Source: Gammaproteobacteria bacterium
GTDB taxonomy: Bacteria; Pseudomonadota; Gammaproteobacteria; GCA-001735895
NCBI GenBank assembly: GCA_050298595.1
Contig: JBNKUM010000101.1
Coordinates: forward strand, 112,131 to 176,130
Length of the DNA stretch: 64,000 nucleotides
Reading direction: 5' to 3'
Shown here: positions 9,393 to 17,013 of the stretch, one piece after another
Position numbering within the stretch: position 1 is the stretch's first letter
How the letters are laid out: every line of letters begins with the position of its first letter
The notes under the pieces: generated by a model
Databases searched by the model: none
What the model was told of the DNA's origin: nothing
Seen by the model: only the letters and a program-made list of their open reading frames with translations
Made by a program: the position numbers and the translations under genes

Positions 9393-9421
9393 TTGACACC
9401 AGGTTTTCGATTTGGTAATTT
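9393..9421 (+). promoter_or_regulatory. sigma70 promoter of the Y1 transposase, with the -35 box inside the left end repeat
   Basis: TTGACA (9393-9398), 17 bp, TAATTT (9416-9421) preceded by TG. Confidence 0.6.
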
Positions 9422-9451
9422 TCTGAATTTTCCAGGTCAGGGGGCAAGAAA

Positions 9452-10297
9452 ATGGCCAGACCTCTACGAATTGAGTTTGCGGGGGCCTTATACCACATCA
9501 CATCTCACGGCAATGCACAGGGCGAGATTTTCCTGAATAATGCTGATCGGATAAAGTTTCTTGATATATTAAGTCAAGCTGTTATTCGATATGACTGGTA
9601 CTGTCATGCCTATTGCCTGATGGATAATCATTATCACCTTCTGATTGAAACCGGCACACCAACACTGTCCAAAGGAATGAAATATCTCAATGGCTCCTAC
9701 ACGCAGTCTTTTAACCGGCTGCATCAACTCTTTGGGCATGTTTTTCAGGGTCGTTATAAAGCCATACTTGTTGACAAAGAAAGCTATCTACTGGAATTGT
9801 CGCGCTACATCGTCCTTAATCCAGTCAGGGCTCTGATGGTGCGCAGTGCAAAAGAATGGCGCTGGAGTAGTTATCGAGCAACAGCAGGCCAGACTGAAGC
9901 TCATCCCTGTTTAACGATTGACTTGGTATTGTCCCTTTTGGGGAAAAGACGCAGAAAAGCACAGGAGAACTATAGGGCTTTTGTTGTAGAAGGCCGCAAT
10001 CAACCCTCTCCCTGGGAAAGACTTAAGAATCAAATCTATTTAGGTAGTGATCAATTTGTAGAAGATGTGCAGAGTAAGTTGGATCCAGATCAATCACTCA
10101 AGGATATTCCCAGAAAACAGAAACGGGCGGCACAGCGACCACTTAGCGATTACGCCAAGAAGGGTGTTGAGAGAAATTCAGCGATGGCACAAGCCTACCT
10201 TAGCGGGTACTACACATTGGAGCAGGTAGGTGAGTATTTTGGGTGCAGCTATGCAACGGTAAGTCGCGCTGTAAAAGCTTTTGAGACTCAAATGTGA
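9452..10297 (+). CDS. REP-associated tyrosine transposase (RAYT)-like Y1_Tnp protein with C-terminal HTH
   Basis: MARPLRIEF..YHIT, HUH motif MDNHYHLL, GHVFQGRYKA, catalytic Tyr in RYIVLNPVRA, WRWSSY, C-terminal HTH YTLEQVGEYFGCSYATVSRAVK. Confidence 0.9.
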   Translation: MARPLRIEFAGALYHITSHGNAQGEIFLNNADRIKFLDILSQAVIRYDWYCHAYCLMDNHYHLLIETGTPTLSKGMKYLNGSYTQSFNRLHQLFGHVFQGRYKAILVDKESYLLELSRYIVLNPVRALMVRSAKEWRWSSYRATAGQTEAHPCLTIDLVLSLLGKRRRKAQENYRAFVVEGRNQPSPWERLKNQIYLGSDQFVEDVQSKLDPDQSLKDIPRKQKRAAQRPLSDYAKKGVERNSAMAQAYLSGYYTLEQVGEYFGCSYATVSRAVKAFETQM

Positions 10298-10741
10298 AAT
10301 GTAAGGATGACCCTGAAGCTCGCAAAAGCCTGTTCTTAGAGTCCATTTGCTCAGCCAGAAAATCAAGGAAGGGGGCCGCCGGGAAGATGCTGTTCGTTCT
10401 TGACCGAATCCTACGGTGACTGATAGGTTTTAGGATAAGGAGCCGATATATCGTCTCAGAACTAAGTTAGCCACTAATTCTAGAGATTTCCCGACTAAGA
10501 AAGTAATTATTTCATGAATTTCACGTTTTTTTCACGAAATGGAATTAGAATAATTTCAGGGATGAGAAAGAGCCGATCTCTTCGGTTCTTAATAAAAAAC
10601 CACATTTGTTGAGTATTATGGATAGATGTGCGGCATTATACCTACAAGCATATAATTGTCTTCCCACATCCCTTATAACTACTTAACAAATATCCAGGAT
10701 GAATTGACAACAGTTTAGTTACAACCGAAAGGGTGTATTTT

Positions 10742-11020
10742 ATGAGTAGTATTGTATTAGCAGTTATATCCTTAAGCCTTGCCTTTGTTTTAATGGTCAT
10801 GTGGATCCGGGCTCGGAGAGCTGCGCTTCGAGCTGAAGTTGTGGCATACGGGTTGCGTGCTCAGGATGACAGAGATGAAGATACCAAAACTAATCTGATC
10901 AACAGGCATAAAGAATATAATGTGGCTATCAGTAAGCTGGATCAGATGGGACAGATTAAGCGTGATAAGTGGGGCCATTGGGTCTGGACAGAATCGGGGC
11001 AGCAATTGGGCCAGGGATGA
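10742..11020 (+). CDS. Small single-TM hypothetical protein, paralog 1
   Basis: N-terminal TM helix; 53/92 gapless identity (hand count) to 14466-14744. Confidence 0.8.
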   Translation: MSSIVLAVISLSLAFVLMVMWIRARRAALRAEVVAYGLRAQDDRDEDTKTNLINRHKEYNVAISKLDQMGQIKRDKWGHWVWTESGQQLGQG

Positions 11021-11184
11021 TGTTTGATTTGGCTATCAAAATGATAGCCCGTTAAACCCACAATAATCATTTAAAATATCCAGTCAATTTTGATCTTAAG
11101 TACCCGGAGTTTGATTATCTATCAGACGGCCTTTCAGTAATTAAGTAAGAACTCACTCTATAGAAACAACTGGGGAATTAATAA

Positions 11185-11895
11185 ATGATTATAGCCAGAC
11201 AACCAATTGATCTTCACTGCCCTGAAACCGATATCTATCATCGATTGTTATCACTGGATGGCAAACACATAGTGGAGCTGGGTTGTGGCAGCGCCGATAT
11301 TACTCGAGACATTGCTTCTTCAGGTAGTGGTCGAAAAGTATGGGCGTTTGAAGTCGATGAGATAGCTCATCACAAAAACTTACAAATCACTGACCTGCCG
11401 AATGTGACTTTTGGTCTTGCTGGTGCGCAGGAGATTCCATTGGCTGATGCATCGATGGATGTCGTTTTTATGTTTAAATCGATGCACCATGTTCCTTTAG
11501 ACCTGATGGATCAATCGCTGCTGGAAATACGACGAGTGTTAAAGCCTGGTGGGCTGGCTTATATCTCTGAACCTGTCTTTGACGGTGAGTTTAATGAAGT
11601 TCTACGTTTATTTCACGATGAGCAAAAAGTCCGTCAAGCGGCTTTTAGTACATTGGAAAGAGCAGTTCAGGACAATCAGTTTATTCTGCTCGAAGAAGTT
11701 TTTTTTACAACCTCGATGAAATTCGCCAATTTTTCTGAGTTTGAAAATAAAGTCATCAAGGCAACTCATTCAGATCACAAATTAAGCAATGTACTGCACA
11801 AGCAAGTTAAACAAGCCTTTGAAAAACATCTTGGTGATGAGGGTGTTCACTTTAAACAGCCTATTCGTGTGGATCTATTACAGCGGCCGATTTGA
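11185..11895 (+). CDS. Class I SAM-dependent methyltransferase
   Basis: IVELGCGSA motif I; EIPLADASMDVV; EIRRVLKPGGLAYISEP. Confidence 0.9.
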   Translation: MIIARQPIDLHCPETDIYHRLLSLDGKHIVELGCGSADITRDIASSGSGRKVWAFEVDEIAHHKNLQITDLPNVTFGLAGAQEIPLADASMDVVFMFKSMHHVPLDLMDQSLLEIRRVLKPGGLAYISEPVFDGEFNEVLRLFHDEQKVRQAAFSTLERAVQDNQFILLEEVFFTTSMKFANFSEFENKVIKATHSDHKLSNVLHKQVKQAFEKHLGDEGVHFKQPIRVDLLQRPI

Positions 11896-11959
11896 CCCTG
11901 TATTGAAGCAAGCGAGACTAGTGTATGGGGCAGCAGGAATATGACCGTTTTTTATGAGT

Positions 11960-11987
11960 TTGAAAATTCAAAACAGCATGCTATATT
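11960..11987 (+). promoter_or_regulatory. sigma70 promoter of the dapA leader
   Basis: TTGAAA (11960-11965), 16 bp, extended -10 TGcTATATT (TATATT at 11982-11987). Confidence 0.6.
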
Positions 11988-12025
11988 AAGGTCTCGAATT
12001 GAAACTTAACAAGATTACTAAATAA

Positions 12026-12109
12026 ATGTTTACACTTCCCAGCCTGTCTAAACAAAAACGCTGCAAAAAGGTGATATCCTTTGCGGCTATGGTTGCTGTG
12101 TGTAATTAA
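12026..12109 (+). CDS. Putative Lys-rich leader peptide (MFTLPSLSKQKRCKKVISFAAMVAVCN)
   Basis: 27-aa ORF with 4 Lys codons in a 7-codon window, overlapping alternative RNA hairpins upstream of dapA; weak RBS. Confidence 0.65.
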   Translation: MFTLPSLSKQKRCKKVISFAAMVAVCN

Positions 12110-12126
12110 AAAAAACGATTTAATAC

Positions 12127-12164
12127 AAAAAGCCCGGTCGCAGAAATGCTACCGGGCTTTTTTT
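12127..12164 (+). terminator. Attenuator terminator upstream of dapA
   Basis: AAAAAGCCCGGT-cgcagaaatgct-ACCGGGCTTTTTTT, ending 27 nt before the dapA start. Confidence 0.85.
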
Positions 12165-12191
12165 ATGCCTATAGAAAATTCGGAGAAAACT

Positions 12192-13064
12192 ATGTTTTAC
12201 GGTTCATACGTCGCTTTGGTCACCCCTTTTAGAGCTGGCACCGTCGATGAGAAAGCCCTGCGCTATCTGGTTAACTGGCAGATTGAGCAGGGTACTAATG
12301 GTCTAGTACCTGTTGGTACTACGGGGGAGTCTCCTACGGTTACAGAAATGGAACATAAGCGAATCATCGAGGTGGTCGTAGAGGAGGCTGCTGGCAGAGT
12401 ACCTGTCATAGCTGGCGCGGGTTCTAATAATCCAGTGGAAGCGTTGACTTATGCAAAAACGGCTGAAACATTGGGCACAGATGGAATTCTCTGTGTGGCG
12501 GGTTATTATAATCGTCCTTCGCAAGCTGGGTTGTACGAGCATTTTAAATATCTCCATGATCAGACAGATATACCCATTATCATTTACAACATTCCCCCTC
12601 GTACCATCGTTGATGTCGAACCAAATACGATGGCTAAACTGGCTGCTTTGCCACGTATAGTTGGTGTCAAAGACGCCACGATGGATTTATCACGCATCAG
12701 CCGCGAGCGATTATTGATTAGCAAGGAGTTCAGTTATCTATCTGGTGAAGATATGACTGCGCTCGCGTATAACTCGATGGGAGGCAGTGGTTGTATCTCG
12801 GTAACGGCAAATATTGCGCCCGGGCTTTGTGCTGACTTGCATACTGCCTGTCAGAGTGGAGATTATCAGCGGGCATTAGAGTTACACGAAAAGTTGATGC
12901 CATTGCATCAGGCATTATTCGAAGAACCAAGTCCATCGGGTATCAAATATGCGCTATCACTTAGCGGACAGTGTAGTGATGAAGTACGTTTACCTATACT
13001 GCCTTTAGGTCAGCATGCCAGAGATAATATTAAGTCAGCGCTTGAAAATTTATCGCTCATATAA
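12192..13064 (+). CDS. dapA: 4-hydroxy-tetrahydrodipicolinate synthase
   Basis: ALVTPF, GTTGESPT, YYNRPSQ, IYNIP, Schiff-base Lys in GVKDAT, SGED; RBS GGAG before ATG at 12192. Confidence 0.92.
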   Translation: MFYGSYVALVTPFRAGTVDEKALRYLVNWQIEQGTNGLVPVGTTGESPTVTEMEHKRIIEVVVEEAAGRVPVIAGAGSNNPVEALTYAKTAETLGTDGILCVAGYYNRPSQAGLYEHFKYLHDQTDIPIIIYNIPPRTIVDVEPNTMAKLAALPRIVGVKDATMDLSRISRERLLISKEFSYLSGEDMTALAYNSMGGSGCISVTANIAPGLCADLHTACQSGDYQRALELHEKLMPLHQALFEEPSPSGIKYALSLSGQCSDEVRLPILPLGQHARDNIKSALENLSLI

Positions 13065-13503
13065 CGAAGTGAATTGCAGTAAGAGTTTGTGAATTCTGGG
13101 TTTGACCACCTGCGTTACTTTTCAAAATCTTACTAACATACCCTGTGGAATCTGACCTGTGGATATCTCAAAACTTGAAGTATTCGCTGAAGAGTTGATT
13201 AGTTGCTTTTAGCCTCAGCATTCGATATGCCAGGGGCAGCTTTGATCTGTATGTGCTTCAGATCCCGCCTTACTGGGCTTACAGGCTGCTCCGCACTTTG
13301 AGTTATATTTCTTGCCAGGCAGGAGTATGTCTAAAAAGTTGCGCATTGATTGCACATCAGCCTGTAAGGCCATAGATACAACATGATCATAGGATAACTG
13401 AACAGAGGCACCCTTGTTATTAGCAACTTCTATTTTACTCTTTGGGTTAACAAGCCTGGTGCCAGGAATCAACATCTCAGGCACCTATAAATAATATGGC
13501 AGG

Positions 13504-14064
13504 TTAATTTTGAGTAGGCCTGTACTGCTCAACATAACCACTGCCAATTGCTGAAAAAGGAAGCTCAAGTTCTAACTCTGGAACTCTTTTGCCTATCCAG
13601 GCTACGAACGTATTACTATTAGGCCCGGGGAATGCATGGTATTCATCTTTCCATGGGTAATCCTGTACCGCCTGTTCAATTTCATCAATCATTTCATCAA
13701 CGCCGCTACCATGATGTTCTTTGAGTAAGACAGGTTTCGCTCCATACCAGTACCGGTCTGGTATGTCTATTTGTGCTGCAACTACTGGTTGGCCACGATG
13801 ATTTCTCCAGCCAACAACGTCGTAGACGGTGTATTCTGATTCGCCACTTCGTTTGGCTGCCACCCAGGTGTGTATGGCAAACCAGCCTCGCCATCCCCAG
13901 GCATCTGCACCGTAAATATGTATTACCGCTTCGTTATTAGTCGTCGGATCAGGTGCAATACCTGCTGATTCTCTGCTGGCAGTGCGCCAATCATTACTCG
14001 TTGAGCAACTGGAAATGGTAATTGTCATGACTACAAATAGAAAGTATAAGATAGACTCTTTCAT
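13504..14064 (-). CDS. DUF3750-like lipoprotein
   Basis: Lipobox ISSC; WRGWFAIHTW, PDRYWYG, YPW..Y..PGPNSNTFVAW. Confidence 0.8.
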   Translation of the reverse strand: MKESILYFLFVVMTITISSCSTSNDWRTASRESAGIAPDPTTNNEAVIHIYGADAWGWRGWFAIHTWVAAKRSGESEYTVYDVVGWRNHRGQPVVAAQIDIPDRYWYGAKPVLLKEHHGSGVDEMIDEIEQAVQDYPWKDEYHAFPGPNSNTFVAWIGKRVPELELELPFSAIGSGYVEQYRPTQN

Positions 14065-14465
14065 GTTTGAGGTGAGTTTGTTAATATTATTTTCAGACTG
14101 TCATCGAGAAGGAAAGTCCAACAATTTTTAAAATTTAAGTATTTTTTACTTAAAGAGAAAAGTTTTCACTCGTTAACCATTAAGATCATAATGCAATTAT
14201 GTTCAGGTAGAGCTCTGACTAAACAACTTGAAAGCATATTTTTATCATTATGTAACAATAAATTTGACTAAAGCTTTTCTAAATTGTCTGTAGTCAAGAG
14301 TAAAACTGGTACGGCGTTTATCCATAAATGTAGTATGTTTCTAAGGATAAAACTTACTTTTTGATGTAAATTCACAAAATTAGAATTTCCAATGACGTTT
14401 ATACACTTAACAAACTTGGTAAATGTATTTACAATGAAAAAATTATTAACATATTAGAAAAAATT

Positions 14466-14744
14466 ATGGGTGGGTTTATTGTGGCGATTATTTCTTCTGC
14501 CTTTGCAATTGTCTTTTTGGTAATGTGGCTTCGTGCTCGGAAAGCAGTTAGTGAAGCCGAAGTTGTTGCCTATGGCTTACGATCCCAGGACGATAGTGAT
14601 GAAAACACTAAAACTAGCCTTTCAATAATGGAAGCAGAATATGATGCTGCGATTGACAAGCTCAGCGAGATGGGTGAAATCAAGCGCGATGAATGGGGGC
14701 GCTGGGTGTGGACAAAAACTGGACAACCCTTAGGTGAAGACTAA
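14466..14744 (+). CDS. Small single-TM hypothetical protein, paralog 2
   Basis: Paralog of 10742-11020 (AEVVAYGLR.QDD, IKRD.WG.WVWT). Confidence 0.8.
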   Translation: MGGFIVAIISSAFAIVFLVMWLRARKAVSEAEVVAYGLRSQDDSDENTKTSLSIMEAEYDAAIDKLSEMGEIKRDEWGRWVWTKTGQPLGED

Positions 14745-14767
14745 GTTAATATAATAAGTTAACTGTT

Positions 14768-15702
14768 GAGCCTTTTGCAAAACTTCAGAAACCAGTGAAT
14801 ATATTAGCCAGAAAAAGCTAAAAGGAGAAGTGCCTGATCCCATTTGTTAAAATGGGGTTCACCACAAACAGATAAAAAAACCCAATGAGAAATCAGGCTC
14901 CAATCTCTCAGACACCTTTATCATTATCCAGTATCTGGCATCATCTTCAAGGACATCTTTTCCCCTGGATACAGGAAGAACTCCCGGCGCTGACCAGAAA
15001 GCAACAGAATTATCGAAATCCTGGAAATAACGCAACTGAAAACGCATTTGCCCTATTCAGGTCAGGTTCCTGGTCGACCACAAAAATGTCGTGAATCCAT
15101 AGCTCGCGCCTTTGTTGCCAAAGCGGTTTATAACCTGAACACCACTGAAATGTTGATAGACAGTTTTAACTCTAATATTTCACTCCGTCGAATCTGCGGA
15201 TGGGAGAAAAGAAGTGAGATACCCACTAGTTCCACCTTTTCACGGGCTTTTGCAGAGTTTGCCTGGTCCAGGCTGGCTGAGCGAGTTCATCAAGCCATCA
15301 TTGAGCAGCATCTTGGGAATTATTTGATTTACCATATTTCACGGGATTCAACCGCCATCACCGCACGGGAGAAGCCAGAGATACAACAGAGGTGCCTTAA
15401 TGGATGTCGCCTATGATTAACCCTTGATCAAAAAGCACAGTGAAGCATTAGGACATGTTCCATTGATAGATGAAAACCCTCGAACAACAGATCGCAAAGA
15501 AGAAATAAAAGATGGGCTACAAAGCAAACGATATGCCAGTTATAAAACAGCGCAAGACATTCGTTATAATGAGCGCAGCACTATTGAACGAGTGAATGGT
15601 CGGCTCAAAGATGAGTTTGGCGCACGAATGGTGCGAGTCAGAGGTCATGTCCCACCTGATGTTTGGTGTTATCGCCCAACGGTTGATCAATGGCTTATAT
15701 AA
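14768..15702 (+). pseudogene. Fragmented DDE transposase (IS5/IS1182-like)
   Basis: Three frameshifted pieces: LFPWIQEEL; GRP..CRESIARAFVAKAVYN..LRRICGW..STFSRAF..HISRDSTAI; RYNERSTIERVNGRLKDEFG; IR-like GAGCCTTTTGCAAAAC at 14768. Confidence 0.8.
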
Positions 15703-15770
15703 TATTTCTTTTGTATTAATACAGTTTTAATTGCTTATAATTACGCGGTTTTTAGATGTGCGTATAAAAA

Positions 15771-16805
15771 ATGAGCAATTCATTCTCTGGTGGTGAAACA
15801 CCTGAAAAAGCAGCCGAATATTTCAGGCTGTCACTGTCAAAACTGGGCGAACTTAAATGGCCATTAACTGCTATAAACTATTCTCTTATCTATAATTACT
15901 TCGCAGGTGAAACAGTCGCTCTAAATGAAGAGCTTGATGGCTTAATCGCTAGAAATACCCCACTTACCTCAGATCTCGCAGAAAAATTATTCACCCAGTT
16001 CATTTGCAATTGCAGAGAAGTTGTAAATGAAGATTTGCATGCTGAAATTATGAACACCCTCTCTAGTGTTTTGGGGGCGTTTGTTGATTTGGCGGGGCGT
16101 ACTGCTCAGTCAAATTCATTTCTTCAGGGGCATATTGAAAAACTGGAAGCAGCTTCTGAACCTGCTGAGGTATTGAAAATCGCTTCTGAAATTATTCGTG
16201 AAACCACTAGTTTTATGGATGCTACTCAATCGTTTGAAGAAAGTTTACGCGATACGACTAGTGAAATTGATCAGTTAAAAAGTGAACTCGATAAAGCCAG
16301 ACAGCAGGCATTTAATGATGCTCTGACTGGATTAACGAATCGTCGTGGATTTGATAATGCGCTAGAGGAATTCATCAGTGAAGCCATGGAGAATGGCTCT
16401 CCAATGTGCTTATTATTCATTGATATTGACCATTTTAAGAATATAAATGATACCCATGGACATCTGGTAGGAGATAAGGTTTTACGAGGACTTTCAAAAT
16501 TACTGGTCAATCAAATGCGCGGTAATGATGTTTTATCTCGCTATGGCGGTGAAGAGTTTGCTGTAATACTGCCTAATACTCCGATAACTGGAGCGTTTAC
16601 GGTAGCTGAAAACCTGAGGTTATCTGCCCAAAAGCTTCGGTTAACTCACGTAAAAACAGGGGCTAGACTCACTGACATCACCATTTCAACAGGTGTAGCC
16701 TGCTATCGTAAGGGAGAAAGCACTGAAGATTTCATCAATCGATGCGATAAAGCGTTATATCATGCCAAGCACCTGGGAAGAAACAAAACCGTGACTGCGG
16801 AATAA
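15771..16805 (+). CDS. Diguanylate cyclase (GGDEF) with helical N-terminal domain
   Basis: DALTGLTNRR, DIDHFK, RGND I-site, RYGGEEF. Confidence 0.93.
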   Translation: MSNSFSGGETPEKAAEYFRLSLSKLGELKWPLTAINYSLIYNYFAGETVALNEELDGLIARNTPLTSDLAEKLFTQFICNCREVVNEDLHAEIMNTLSSVLGAFVDLAGRTAQSNSFLQGHIEKLEAASEPAEVLKIASEIIRETTSFMDATQSFEESLRDTTSEIDQLKSELDKARQQAFNDALTGLTNRRGFDNALEEFISEAMENGSPMCLLFIDIDHFKNINDTHGHLVGDKVLRGLSKLLVNQMRGNDVLSRYGGEEFAVILPNTPITGAFTVAENLRLSAQKLRLTHVKTGARLTDITISTGVACYRKGESTEDFINRCDKALYHAKHLGRNKTVTAE

Positions 16806-16823
16806 TATTCCTGAATATGTTCA

Positions 16824-17010
16824 GGGCATCTCTGATCAATCATGTTATGTCTCTGTAAGGTCTGAAGCATACAGATCCAGGTTGCTTTTCGCAGATAAAG
16901 GTTGCTCTTTTTACAGCTTCTTGCCAGGCAGACGCATGCCTGCTAAGTTGTGCCTTGATTGTGCTTCAGTCTGTGAGCTAGAGATACAACATAATTGATC
17001 AGAGGAGCCC
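16824..17010. mobile_element. 187-bp MITE with ~31-bp terminal inverted repeats
   Basis: GGGCATCTCTGATCAATCATGTTATGTCTCT versus reverse complement of the right end, GGGCTCCTCTGATCAATTATGTTGTATCTCT; flanks CA / TA. Confidence 0.85.
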
Positions 17011-17013
17011 TAG

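Larger units (their letters stand above)
9376..10314 (+). mobile_element. Y1/HUH transposase element bounded by ~22-bp inverted repeats
   Basis: Left GGGGTCAGGCCTTACATTTGACA (9376-9398); right TGTGAAATGTAAGGATGACCCT (10293-10314). Confidence 0.8.

Noticed and set aside
5212-10314. CRISPR array or Tn3 transposon (GGGGTC termini)
   Set aside because: Repeats are irregularly spaced, in both orientations, with gene-sized intervals and no cas genes; they are shorter than 38-bp Tn3 IRs and no Tn3 transposase or resolvase is present
11900-12190. Lysine riboswitch upstream of dapA
   Set aside because: No recognisable L-box core (AGAGGNGC...); the uORF plus alternative stems explains the region better; an Rfam scan would settle it
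12081-12191. N-terminal extension of DapA in the ORF track
   Set aside because: Runs through the terminator; the real start is ATG 12192 with a GGAG RBS
13065-13484. 89-aa minus ORF and an AraC-like fragment (SGFDHLRYFSK) on the plus strand
   Set aside because: No convincing family or intact frame; probably debris
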